64,000 nucleotides of DNA from an uncultured cyanobacterium (GTDB lineage Bacteria > Cyanobacteriota > Cyanobacteriia > Cyanobacteriales > CAWCAG01), in assembly GCA_963803805.1 (NCBI GenBank), contig CAWDOD010000002.1, positions 1,248,001 to 1,312,000 on the forward strand. The letters run 5' to 3'. This document shows positions 1-11,743 of the stretch, in pieces (within the stretch, counting starts at the first letter, position 1; each line of letters opens with the position of its first letter). Made by a program: the position numbers and the translations under genes. Under the pieces are notes generated by a model. It worked only from the letters and a program-made list of their open reading frames with translations. It did no database searches and was not told the origin of the DNA.

Positions 1-518
1 TTTAAAAGCTGAAACTGTTGTTTTAACAATGGGTAATAAAGGAGATTTCTGTTTAGAAGAGGTGGGATTAAAAACCTTTAACCTGGGCTATTTAACCAGC
101 GAATTTCAAAAAGCGATCGCTTACTCTGCTGCTGATGTTTTTGTCTTACCCACTCGCCATGATAATTTGCCTTTAGTCCTACAAGAGAGTATGGCTTGCG
201 GTACACCTTTAGTTTCTTTCGATGTTGGTGGTGTTCCTGAATTAGTCAGAAATGGAGTTACAGGTTATTTAGCTTCTCCTGAAGATCCTCAAGATTTGTG
301 TCAAAAAATAACCGCAGGTTTTAGAAAATACTAACTTGCGAGTTAGTTTAAGTGAAAATTGCCGTCGTATTGCTGTTGAAGAATATTCTCTCAAGCTACA
401 AACTAAGCGCTATATTCAGTTGTACGAGAAAATTTTAAGCAAGAAAAAGGATAGTCCTCAACTAGAAAAACTATCCAATCAATTTAACCTGAATGCGCTA
501 GGTAGAAACTTCCCTTAA
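1..518 (+). CDS. GT4-family glycosyltransferase, C-terminal part (5'-truncated by window; frameshift near 325-335)
   Basis: ORFs 29-334 and 336-518 join into a GT4 C-terminus (YSAADVFVLP..DNLP...ESMACGTP..FDVGGVPE...GYLA; then RRIAVEEYSLKLQTKRY). It resembles the GT4 at 56833-58089. Confidence 0.8.
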
Positions 519-2925
519 TTAACTTTAACTCGGAAACTTACTGAACCAACATTACGAGGATTACTATTCGAAATAGTTGAACCTAAATCCACAATTAAAG
601 AACCATTAGTATTATTGCTATTTAGACAAAGGGGAGAACTAAAAGGAGAACTTAGGTCTAAGGGTTTAACAAAGGTTGCCCCATCGTCTCCTTCGGCATC
701 GGTTTGAGAAATACTTTGAGAACCAGCCGGAGGAAGAGTCAAGGAAATACTATTGGGGACATAGGTAGTAACTGGAGGTATAGCATCGCAAATTTTGGCA
801 TTTTCGACAGCTTGGGAACCACTAGCTAGAAAGTAAATGGTGTACTCCACAACATCGCCACTTTGTAGGATATTATTTGGTTCCAGGCTAACTAAGCCGA
901 AAGGGAGACTAGCAGACCAACCAGGGACAGTATCATTAGGATCGCTCTTTGTCATCAACAAATCTTTGGAAATTAACTCCTGGCAATGGTACACCGTTTC
1001 TAATCACATTGGTAATGCGTTTAACCAAAAGTAAGTTTGTGGTGTTGGGTTCTTGGACAACTACCACTGTTGGTTCATCATCTCCTGTTCCTGTACCAGG
1101 TAAATTGCCCCTATCTTGTCCATCATCTAATTCTTGGGGAATTTCCCCTGAACCACCCACAGCGTCTGTGACAGAAGGGGTTTGTATTCCAGGGCCGATA
1201 TCAGCCACAGCTACAGCTTGGTTTTCAACCGCGGCCCCAGCCCCAGCAACAATTGCTGCCTGGAATTTAATTGTTACTTGACCGCCATTAGCAACAAGAG
1301 TACCGGATTGATTAAGTTGAGGAACGCTTGTACCGTTAAAGCTAGGATTTGCGCTTACTGTAGTTCCAGGAGGGCCAGAAGTTGTTAAGTCATAGCCTCC
1401 AACAAACTGCAAAGTATTGGAGTCTAAGCTATCTGTTACTACAAAGTTAGTAACATTTGTGTTGCTGTTGTTGAGATAAACTACCACATACTCCAAAATA
1501 TCCCCTCTCGTAACTGAACCATCCTCGTCCACATCTTGAAATAAGCGTACAGATTTAGTTCCTACCGGAGAAGCCGGGGCTAAAACTACCAAGGGAGTAG
1601 GGTCGGGTACTGCCCCTGCCCCAGGAAAATCTGAGCCAACAGTTTCCGGAAAACTACCTCCAGGAAGGTTGCGGACAATAGCTTGGTTAAATACAGTACC
1701 AGGGGGCGTTGTCACCGGAACATTAACTTCAACAGTAACCTCAACTTGCCCTGGGGTTACTGTCCTAGCATTAGCAGCAGGAAGGGTTAAGCCTGTAATA
1801 GTGAAGGTACGATTATCGTTACTGAGAACAACATTGCCTGTGTTACCCCCCTGTCCACTCACAATTGCTACCTGGGGAGGTGCCAGGAATCTGCGACCAT
1901 TCGCCATGGTGTCGGTTATGGTTAGCCCTGTAATAGGTCTTTCTGGGGGATTTGGGTTAGTAATTAGGTAAGTGTAGGTAACGTTGTTCCCTGCTACTAC
2001 AGGAGAAGGATCAACAATTTTAGTTATCCGTGGTACAAAAGGACAAGCCGCACCATCGTTAAAAGTAACATCGGGGGCATTGCTAAGGAAGGTATATACA
2101 ACCGGAGTATCTAAAACATTAACGCTATATAGCAATCCTGGTTCATTCTGATAAGCATAGAGAGTACCAGCCCCATCAAAGAAAGTTGCCCCCACAGACT
2201 GATTGCCAATGGGATTGGTAGTTCCTGGCAAGTATTCTACAGTCACAGTGCTACCTTGTTCTGGGTCAAATCTTAGTAACCTGCTTTCAACTTGGTCATA
2301 GGCATAAAATTTACCATCCACAGGGCTATAAGCCATATCGGAAAATCGGGGAAAGCCTACCCCCGATTTTTGTAAGTCTCTAACTTGGAGAATTTGCGGT
2401 GGTCTTTGGGTAACATCAATTTGCACCAGCTTTCCAGTACCATTGTTGTAGATATAGTAAGTTCCATCCCCTGAAAAATCTCCAGCGATATATCTATTAT
2501 TAACGGGAGTGGCTGATGGTAAAGGTAAACCTAGAGGTTTGCCAATAGGGTCAACTTTACCATTGCGGTCGATGCGAAAGATTTCATAGGCATCAGGACG
2601 ATTAGCATCTCCTGCTTTTACAGGATCACCAGGTTCAATAGCATAGATAAAACCATCTTGAACCCGAAAGCCCATAGCATTATATTCTCTGGGGTCTGAT
2701 GCGGCAGGAGGACTGATGATAGGTAGGGTAAAAGGGGTTGTACTGGTGTTAACTGTGGTTAGTTGAGTGTTTTCTTGTTGAGAAAGAAAGAAGTCTCCAT
2801 CGCAAGCAAAAGGTGTTTGGGCAGAAGTTGGAGAGGAGATAATTTAAAGAGGCGATCGCAAAGCTTAAACTGCTGGTTAACCAACAAGTTATTTTTTTAA
2901 GCTGATAATTATTAGGTTGTTTCAT
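515..2925 (-). CDS. Secreted DUF11 (conserved repeat domain) adhesin-like protein with N-terminal beta-propeller-like region; frameshifts near 2840 and 945
   Basis: ATG at 2925 gives a signal-peptide-like start (MKQPNNYQLKKITCWLTSSLSFAIA). After a frameshift it reads AQTPFACDGDFFLSQ...YNAMGFR into ORF 936-2675, which has repeats ITKIVDPSPVVAGNNVTYTY and TKSV...GDILEYVV. It ends in ORF 515-994 (GDVVEYTIYF...FRVKVN). Confidence 0.7.
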
Positions 2926-3617
2926 AACTGAATTTGTTTAGTTACAGCAATTAGTTAATACGCTAATAAAGCTGTATCAGAAAGGCAATCTCTTAATTGC
3001 TTAGAGTTATTTTTTATTGAATGTTTATGATGGCTATTAGGGAAAATATGAGTGACGAATTTGCTAGCTTATCAATAAGCTAGTTTTATTGGTGACTATT
3101 TGTATTAGTAAAGCTAGGTTATGTTGACCGAAATAGGCTCAACTTAATTCAAGCTACTTTTAAAAATAAGCTGTAGAGCAAGGAAACAGCAGAGCAAGAC
3201 ATGAAAAACAAAGTGATTCTAGATTAAATTAGAATTTTACGTTTAGCAAATTAGCTCAGTTAAATCGAACTTATAATAGAGATATTACCTATTGGTTATC
3301 GAGATTTATTCCCTCTTAAGAGAGATTAAGCGGAAATTTCACAGCTATATTGGGATTTATAAAAAAATTACTTAAAAGGCTGAAACATCTATTGCTTTTC
3401 AATCATTTTGCTAGTTTTTCTACATCCCAGCTCAGGATTGGAATTCCTAGCTATAGTTTTAAGCAAAATAATCGTTGCCACCGAAATTAGTTTCAGGTGA
3501 GGGGTTCAAATAACAAGCTCACATTTAAACGAAATTATCTTGAAAGACAGAGAATTAATTCTCTAGTCATCTTTCATGATTTACATCAGTCCAAGGTTAT
3601 TTCTGACAAAATATTAG

Positions 3618-6117
3618 CTATTCTATTTGTACCCGAAAGCGGACAAAACCAACATTGTCAGGATTATTATTGGGAAAACTAGGGCTTAAGTCCACAGAAA
3701 TAGAGCCATCAGGGTTACTACTATCAGGACAAGGAGGTACAGGTACACTGGAGTCTAATTCATTGAAAAAGGTGCGTGTAGCTGTAGTTGGTGAAGAAGA
3801 AAGACTGTCAGCAACATAATCTGTTCCTACAGGTATAGCATCGCAGATTTTTAAGTTCTCAACTGGTTCCCTACCATTAGATAAGAAGTAAACAGTGTAC
3901 TCCACTATATCTCCAGTTGTTAAGGCGTTGTCTGTCCCTAAGCTAGTTACCCCCACAAGACCAGAAGGAAGGGCAGACCAACCGGGGAAGTTATCGTCAA
4001 TGTCAGCTTCATCATCAATAAAGTTGCTGAAGTCAACTCCAGGCAATGATGCACCATTTCTGATCACATTGGTGATGCGTTTAACTAAGGCTAAATTACC
4101 TGTGGCAGTAGGGATCTGCAACAACTAAGCTTGTTGGTTCGTCGTCTCCTGTATTCCCTGCAGAGTTACCTGTATCTTGACCATCATCAAGGACTTGGGG
4201 AATTTGAGCCGAATCACCTACTGCATCAGTGATGGAAGGGGTGATAATACCAGCACCTCCTGTTGAGGTTGCAACAGCTTGGTTTTGGATTTCTACTCCC
4301 GGTGATACACCAGCGTTAACTGTGCCGCGATAGGTAATCACTACTTGGGCATTTGGTGTGCTGGGTAAAGTTCCCCCAGGAGTAACAAGGTTAGTATCGG
4401 TAGTACCGTTAAACCCATTGTTACCAGTAACAGCAGCACCATTCAAAGCTTGAAAGTTGTAACTACCTGAAACAAAAGTCTAAGTTAGAGTCTAAGTTAT
4501 CTGTAGCTGCAAAGTTAGTAACATCAAGGCTGGAGTTGGTGTTGGTATAGGTGATAGTGTATTCAATGGTGTCTCCTGGGGTGACATTACCAGTGTTGTC
4601 AGCATCAATTGCTAAACTAACTGATTTCGTCCCGGCTGGAGTAGGGGGAGGTAGAATAATTAGGGGGGATGGGTCCGGTAAGGCTCCTGCTCCTGGGAAG
4701 TCGGAAGGAATGGAAGGAGGGAATGGGCCTGTCAAGCCGTTTAAGGTTGCTTGGTTAAAAACTGTTCCGGCAGAAGCATTGGGAGCAATGTTGAACTGTG
4801 GCGTTGATAGTTACCCTACCTACTTGTAGGGTCTGCTGGGATCTGTGGAAGGAAGTGCTAAATCGCTAATAGTTAAGTTTTGATTGTTGTTGGATAGAGC
4901 AACTGTACCAGGTGTAGTAGTCTCACCTAATACCTTCAAGAACAATGGTCTGTAACTGGCCCTCGTAGGTTCGACCATTAGTTAAATTATCACTAAAAGT
5001 TAAGCCAGAGAAAAATGACGCTGTTACTTTAGGCGTTAGGATTAGTAATAGTGTAGGTATAAGTAATAGTACCACCAGCAACAACTTGATTAGTGCTAAT
5101 GCTTTTTTCTAGCTTTGGTGCAAAAGGACAAGCAGAACCATCATTATCTGTAACGCTGTTCGGCGGGACTAAGGAGTGTAGCCGTATTGCCATCACCACT
5201 ACCATCAACTCCAACATTTACTTGTGTAAAGGTTACCACTGTTTTGGTAAAGGAATAAGTTACCAGCGCCATCAAAGAATGCTGCACCAACATTATCTGG
5301 TGGGGTAAGAGTTGGCAATCCGTTGATATGTTATTGTTTGGATAGTAGGATTAGCCTCAGTAGGATCAAAGTAAATAATTGTGATCTATTAAATCTCTAG
5401 TAAAAGCATAAAAATTGCCATCAAGGGGATTAAGAGCAAAGTCAGCTATGTTAGGAGGCTAGTTGCAGGAAAATCAGGAATGCTAGGATTAGTAACTGTG
5501 ATGTTAGATAGTTTTTTTTCAGTAACAAAAGTTGCTGTTGGTCCAGAAACATCAATTTCTAAAAGTACTCCATTTGCTCGAGCTCTGTCCGTATACATAG
5601 TAATTACCTGTTAGCAGGACTACAGGCAATGTCCCCAGCAATATAGCGAGTGTCCCTGAGCTTCGGGTGAAGCTCCCTGCCTAATAGCACCGCTAATTGG
5701 CGTTACCATACCATCTTGATCTATTCGATAAACAAAATGACCTTTTGGACTTCTACCGTTGTTATCAAGCTCTGACGCGTCACTAGCATCAAAAATATCT
5801 GGGTTAATACCATAAATAAATGACTGTTATCAAAGCGAAAGCCTGTAGCGTTATTTCTTGGTCTGGCCCCGTTCCATTAGGAGAACATGTTAAATTAAAA
5901 GGTACACTTCCTGTATTAACAGTCATTTAGAGTTGTTGGTGTTGCCTTGACTAAGGAAAAAAGTACCATCACAGGTGAAAGAGTTTTGCGCTTTTGCACC
6001 GGGAGAATAATAAGCAAGAGATGTTGTCCACAAACTCAAACCACCAAGTAACCAAGCAGCAGAGGTACGGAAATTAGATTTATTTGCAGTAGGTAATACT
6101 TTTAAAATTTGCTTCAT
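3618..6117 (-). pseudogene. Paralogous DUF11-repeat adhesin-like gene broken by multiple frameshifts (pseudogene or sequencing errors)
   Basis: Fragments 5923-6117 (signal peptide + AQNSFTCDGTFFLSQ), 5029-5217 (NDGSACPFAPKLEK..VAGGTITYTY), 4463-4735, 4096-4446 and 3618-4124 are collinear with the gene at 515-2925. Confidence 0.7.
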
Positions 6118-6173
6118 AATTCAAGACAATAAAATTTCTGACTCTGGTGTTGATGTTTTTGATAATTCCCCAA

Positions 6174-6199
6174 CAGTCGCCCCTGAGAGCAGGGGACTG
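6174..6199 (-). terminator. GC-rich hairpin between the beta-helix gene and the downstream adhesin gene
   Basis: cagtc(gc)ccctg-agag-caggggactg inverted repeat just after the stop at 6206. Confidence 0.4.
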
Positions 6200-6205
6200 A
6201 TGAGA

Positions 6206-7919
6206 TTAAGGCAGAGAAACAATTGCTGCATTAAAAGCAGGTTCTGATGTACCATAATCGCTATGGGTCGCTGTTGCTGTAACGCGATCGCCTGGTTGCA
6301 ATCCTGATATTTCTATCTCAAAATTGCCCCCTTTGTCTACTTCTACCGTGGCGATCGCTTGGTTAAGAGGCCCTTGTTGCCCGTTGTTTTCAATTACACG
6401 GTAAATTTCAATAGTAGACCCAGCTAAGGCTTTACCCATTAGTTTGGTTTTTTTGTTCAGGGCAAAAAACTCTCGACTAACAAAACTGGGAGCATTGATA
6501 CCCTTGTTGGCTGCTTGACGGCGACGTTGATAAAAATCAATTTCTGGGTTGGGACCATCACCTTTTTGATAATCCTTAACTTCTGTATTGTTTTGTGCTA
6601 CCAAATCAATACTTAGTCCTTGCAAGTTAGTAAATAGGTTATTGAGAATTACCACGCGATCGCTTTCTGGGAAAAGCTGCAACAGTAACTCCTGTACCGG
6701 GTTGATTAGCAATGCGATTTCTAGTAATTAAATGGTCACTACCGGAAAGATAAATGGCCGCACGTTCGTATCGTTTGCCGTTGTCGGTGATATTGTTGTC
6801 GCGCACTTCCACTGCACCCATGGGTTTAAAAGCAAAGATGCCGCTACCAGCATTGTTGCGAATCAAGTTGCCCTTAATCACAGAATTGGTGATATCTCCT
6901 TCCAAGCGAATGCCATCAGGCATTCCTGCAAAGCCATTTCTTTCAATCAGGTTGTCACTAACTAAAAGGTTGCTTGCCCTAACGCTGGTGATAATGCCGC
7001 TACCATCGTGATTAGCAATGATATTGCGGTGAATGGTTGTGCCTCTGCTGTTGAAAACATAAACGCCAAAACCTGATAGTTTCTTAGCTTCAGGAGAATC
7101 TGGTTGAGGAGAATCTGGTTTTGCGGCGGTAGGGACTACAAACAAAGCATCAGAAACACCAAACTCGTGGGGTTTAGCATTTCTGGCTACTTCATTTTTA
7201 CTGCGATCAAGTTGACTAATAAAGCGAGAATCTGTCCCTAACCCAGAAGGCACTCCCAACCAATTATGCTCAATCACCACATCCTGGGGAGGAACATCCT
7301 GTTCACTGAAAGGAAACTCGTCGTAGGGTATTTCCCTTTTAAAAGTATCTGGAGGTGGCAAGCGATGGGAAATAAAAATATCAGCGGTGGGGGTATTGGC
7401 TGTAGGCCCTTGGGGATAACTAAAGCCATAAATACTCAGTCCCCGCACCATCACACCATCAGCAACAATAGTTAAACCTCGCAGTACCTGAGTTTCTGTC
7501 GCTGGGGTAATAGCAATCACAGGAATAGGTGTTGCCCCCCCTTCTTTTTCTAATTCCTCACGGTCATAACCTGGTTGAGTTGTACCGTCAATAACCAGTC
7601 CTGGGGTAGATAGAGGCGGCAACATTTCCACTAAATTAATGGTTGTCTTTTGGGGAGACAAATTAAATTCAATGCGAGAATTACCTTCCCCTGGAGTCAA
7701 TTGCTGCCTTTCCGCTTCACTTAACTCCTCCATGGGCAAGCTACCATTAATAGCTGCGATCGCCTCTCGCAAACTAAGGAAGTTATCGGCTTGAATAGTA
7801 TCAGCGTTAGTATTAACCACCGCCCGCCAATTCATTGTTTCTGCATTAGCAAAGTTTGGGATTGCTAATAAGGCTAAATTAAAAGCCAGAATAGATGCTG
7901 TAACCTGAACAGAATTCAC
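6206..7919 (-). CDS. Secreted right-handed parallel beta-helix protein with CSLREA-like N-terminus and C-terminal Ig-like domain; one frameshift near 6670
   Basis: Signal peptide, VVNTNAD...LSLREAI motif, beta-helix repeats (NLIERNG..GIRL, NLIRNNAGSGI) and C-terminal ATATH..GTSE. Removing one C from the ccc at about 6669 joins ORFs 6639-7919 and 6206-6712. Confidence 0.7.
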
Positions 7920-8032
7920 TCTTGTTACTCCTTGTACTTAATCGAAACAGAATGGAAAACTTTAAAAATTGCTAATGGCTAGTCGCTAGTCGCTAATGGT
8001 AACAGACCGTAATTATGTTTACCCATTACCCA

Positions 8033-11000
8033 TTACCTATTACCAACCTCAGACTCTTGTTGCTGTGCCGGCACAGGCCTTTGCCTACCAAAACCGCCAA
8101 ACAATTCATTAACTTTAAGAGTTAAGTTTAAGTAAGGCCCACCATCGGAACGATAACCGTCAAAGTCCCCATCATCAACACTACCAAAGCTATAACCCAA
8201 ACCGATGCGTAGGTCAGGAGTGAGGTAGTAGCCAGCTTCGGCTGCAAAGCCAAATTCATCAAAATTGGTCGAAGGTTGCCCAATCCAACGCCCTTCTAAA
8301 GCAACATCGGTGTTATACCCTGTGCGGTAGGTTGCTCTTAGCTGACTCAGAAAGACGCTGCTGCTGTTGCTAAAGTTACTAGCTAAGTTCGTTGTACTAC
8401 TACGCATAGCGAACTTGCCGTAAAATTCCCAACGCCAATCGGGGGCATAAATCATATCAGTGGAAACTACATGGTCAGTAGACCCTGTACCACTGCCAAA
8501 AAGTAGGGTTTCGGGAATAATTGAAGGGTTGCGGCGATATTCGTATTTAAGTAAGGCGTTAAAACGGTCATCATGGGGGTCACGGTAAGCTAGTCCCATC
8601 TTGACTTTCACTGTATCTCCCAACCCACTTAAAATCTGGTTAGAGGTATTAGCTTGGTCAAAACGGAATAAAGCAGTTAACCCAGGAGTCACTTTACCTG
8701 CGGCGGCTGCATTCCAAACCGTATTCTCTCGCCCGGAACCATTCCTCTGTTCAAAACGACCGGAAACTTGAAAGTCTGGGTTCGCTGTATATTCAAAACC
8801 CACACTATAAGCTTCCCCGCCAAATACTCCCAAAGATGAGGAACTTTGACCCACCGCATAGGGTTGAGCAAAACGAGGTCCTGCGGCAGTAACGCTGGAA
8901 ATGTCACTGGTGACGAGTTCATAACCTAAGTTAATGCGGAAACCAGGGGCAATGGTTAAGCGATGTCCTAAGCCAATGGAACCTTGACCTGTGACACCAC
9001 TGTATCCCCCCACCAACGCATAGCGGTTGTATAAATAGGTATCCTCCCCTAACCTTTTTTCAGTAATGGTTTCTAAGCTAGTGATGGAATTATCCCCCAA
9101 CAAGCCCCCATCGTAAAATTGGTGTGCTAGTCTCATGGTCACTTCTGGTTGCACTTTCCAATCAATACCAAAGGTGGTGCGGTTAGGATAAAGTGGGTCT
9201 TCCCCATCTCCTAAATTAATTTCATTTTTAGCTCTTAAGGCAATGGTTTCTGTGACCGGAACATTAAGATAGGAGACAACTTGGTCACTGTCACTATCAA
9301 AAATATTACCTGCATCGTCGTTGCGAGAGCGATGCACATAGTCAACATTCAATTCTGCATCCCCAAGTTTTTGCCTTACCCCAGCAGAAATAGCGGTGAG
9401 ATCGTTATTAATAGCTGTTCCGGGGAGGGCTTCTGAACCAGGGTTAAACAAACTAGTGTTAGGATTAAAAAGATCAAAAGGAACTGTTCGTACCGCCGGA
9501 GCAACACCAAAATTTTCTTCGCGATCAAAGCTAGCTTGCAAGGTTGTAGTAGGGGCAACTTGAGCTAAGATTGCTGCTCCGTAGCGGGTTTGTCCTGGGG
9601 TAAAACTGGTGGTGGCATTGTTGGCAAAACCAGTTTCGACAGAACGATAAAAAGCCCGTGCGTTAAGTCCTTTAACAACTTCCCCTTGCAACTCCAAACG
9701 ATAAGCATTAGCAGCAACGTTTCCGGTTAAGGGAGAATTATTGTGGGAACGAGCAAATTCCCCGATGAAGCGCCCTTTTTCCCCCACATTAAATAAGAAA
9801 TCCGCTCCATATAACTCAAAATCCTGGCTCCCTTGATCTTCATAAAGATAGGTAGCTGCTAACCAGTTTTCTTGGTTCAAATCTTGGGAGAAGTTGTATT
9901 GCACTCTCCCTGCATAAATATCCGTCTCGCCGTCAGTATCCCCTTCAAACTGATAAGTAGCAACAATTTTCCTCACTAAGGTGTTACCAAAAGGATCAAA
10001 CTCTAGTTGCTGCATCGGACGGCGGAACAACAAAGTTCCCCTGTCGTAGTCAATTTCATAATCAGGACCACGAGTCAAAGCTTCGCGAGAAATAACAGTA
10101 CCGGGACGATTGATTTCTTCAGTTTCAATAAAAATATTCTCACTACCGGGAACTAACTGCCGTCGTGCCAGGAAGTAATAACCACTAGTACCGTCAGGGA
10201 CTAAAGTATCCCTTTGAAAGCCATCTACATCAGGGCTATATAAAGCGGTGAGTTGGAGATTACCCAGGCTAAAGTTACCTTTAAAACCATTTAAGGCGCG
10301 GGTTGTAGCCGTAAAGAGTTGGGAAGGACGACTAAATTCTGTGGTGTAATAATCTCCCCACATAAAGTAGTCTGGTTCAGCCCCCGTAACAGGGGATTGA
10401 CGTTCAAAGCGTAGGTAAACACTGGTGGTAGAGGGGGTTAAATATTCAACACTGGAACTATCCCCATAAACAGAATACTGCTTCTCACACTCTTGCGGCC
10501 CTCGAAATAATCTGCTAATGCCATCGCAGGTTTCATTAAGGGGTCGTTCGCTGTTATAAGCCCCGGTAAATAACCATTCACCAACAGCCCCAGTTGCAAA
10601 TACTGCCGCATCAACATCCGCTTCAAAATCATCATCCATAGTGCTGGGATTGAGAAATTCCCGGCGACTGCTAAAGAAATCTGTCCCCGCTTCACCAATG
10701 CGCAGGTTAAGGACTCCAGATACCAAAGAAGGACGAAGATAGGTAATAAATTCTACTTGAGTGTAGGTTTCTAAGTCTGCTGTTACTTTGCTTTGGGGGT
10801 TAATTTGAATAGCAGTTATTGCTTCTTCTTCTAATAGAGAATCTTTAAGATCAAAACTTTCAATAGCAGCACGAATCTTTACCTTTTGCGCTTCTAAGTT
10901 AGATTGCAACTCCGCTTTAAATATTCCTTCTCTCGCTAGTACCTGAAACCCTGGCCGATCTTCATCTTGATCTGTACCAATAAATTTACCAGCACTGGAG

Positions 11001-11698
11001 GTGAGGGTAACAAAAGTTTCTTCGGTAATCAGTTCCCCTGCTGCATCGGTAATGCTTCCTTCTAGGGTTATGGTAGAACGTCCATCGGCTGGTACTCGCG
11101 GATCTCCGGCTGGGAAGAGTTGAATTTGACCAATAACAGCTTCTTCTACGGTTAATTTGGTTGTTACAGGAGTACCATTATTAGCCACAACGGTAATAAT
11201 ATTTTCCCCTTCCTGCAACGGCACGTTATACCAAACTTGGGTAATCAGATTTTGCGCTTCATCTTGCTCAATTTGCGTCGGTAAGTTAGGATTAAGAGGT
11301 TTTTGATTAATTTCAACCCTAACCTCGCTGCTAGCGTTATATTGAACAATAAGATTGGTGGAACGGCTATTTTTTTGCCCCGCTTCAGGAGCTAAAATCC
11401 TCACCTCATCTAACTCCAAGGGTTCCTCAATTACAGTATCACCCGCTGTTTCTTCTTCTTGGGCTATTTCCTCTGTCTCAGTTACCTCTAGCTGACTATC
11501 AATGTTTAAAAGTTCTACATTGGTTTCTTCTAAAGAAAATGAAGTTGGTTCCAGTAATTCCAAATTCTCTTCTTCTGAGGCGCTAGCTACACCAGCTATG
11601 CCTATGCACCCAGATAGTAAAATTGCTAAATTTAAGAGCGGATAACGCCTGATGCTCAAAGGTTTGGGTCTACTAAGACCCTTTCTGCTTACAATCAC
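8033..11698 (-). CDS. Large exported protein: N-terminal Ig-like domains and a long C-terminal putative outer-membrane beta-barrel
   Basis: 1221-aa ORF with a signal-like N-terminus, an invasin/Big-like motif (VPADGRSTITLEGSITD) and many amphipathic strands ending in aromatics (AGYYLTPDLRIGLGYSFG...GPYLNLTLK). Confidence 0.65.
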   Translation of the reverse strand: MIVSRKGLSRPKPLSIRRYPLLNLAILLSGCIGIAGVASASEEENLELLEPTSFSLEETNVELLNIDSQLEVTETEEIAQEEETAGDTVIEEPLELDEVRILAPEAGQKNSRSTNLIVQYNASSEVRVEINQKPLNPNLPTQIEQDEAQNLITQVWYNVPLQEGENIITVVANNGTPVTTKLTVEEAVIGQIQLFPAGDPRVPADGRSTITLEGSITDAAGELITEETFVTLTSSAGKFIGTDQDEDRPGFQVLAREGIFKAELQSNLEAQKVKIRAAIESFDLKDSLLEEEAITAIQINPQSKVTADLETYTQVEFITYLRPSLVSGVLNLRIGEAGTDFFSSRREFLNPSTMDDDFEADVDAAVFATGAVGEWLFTGAYNSERPLNETCDGISRLFRGPQECEKQYSVYGDSSSVEYLTPSTTSVYLRFERQSPVTGAEPDYFMWGDYYTTEFSRPSQLFTATTRALNGFKGNFSLGNLQLTALYSPDVDGFQRDTLVPDGTSGYYFLARRQLVPGSENIFIETEEINRPGTVISREALTRGPDYEIDYDRGTLLFRRPMQQLEFDPFGNTLVRKIVATYQFEGDTDGETDIYAGRVQYNFSQDLNQENWLAATYLYEDQGSQDFELYGADFLFNVGEKGRFIGEFARSHNNSPLTGNVAANAYRLELQGEVVKGLNARAFYRSVETGFANNATTSFTPGQTRYGAAILAQVAPTTTLQASFDREENFGVAPAVRTVPFDLFNPNTSLFNPGSEALPGTAINNDLTAISAGVRQKLGDAELNVDYVHRSRNDDAGNIFDSDSDQVVSYLNVPVTETIALRAKNEINLGDGEDPLYPNRTTFGIDWKVQPEVTMRLAHQFYDGGLLGDNSITSLETITEKRLGEDTYLYNRYALVGGYSGVTGQGSIGLGHRLTIAPGFRINLGYELVTSDISSVTAAGPRFAQPYAVGQSSSSLGVFGGEAYSVGFEYTANPDFQVSGRFEQRNGSGRENTVWNAAAAGKVTPGLTALFRFDQANTSNQILSGLGDTVKVKMGLAYRDPHDDRFNALLKYEYRRNPSIIPETLLFGSGTGSTDHVVSTDMIYAPDWRWEFYGKFAMRSSTTNLASNFSNSSSVFLSQLRATYRTGYNTDVALEGRWIGQPSTNFDEFGFAAEAGYYLTPDLRIGLGYSFGSVDDGDFDGYRSDGGPYLNLTLKVNELFGGFGRQRPVPAQQQESEVGNR

Positions 11699-11743
11699 GA
11701 TCCCTTTCCCTGATTTGACGGCTACTTATTTAATTTGTTGATT

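Noticed and set aside
3497-3682. 61-aa plus-strand ORF (and 18455-18706 on the minus strand)
   Set aside because: Both overlap real genes on the opposite strand and lack an RBS or protein-like features.
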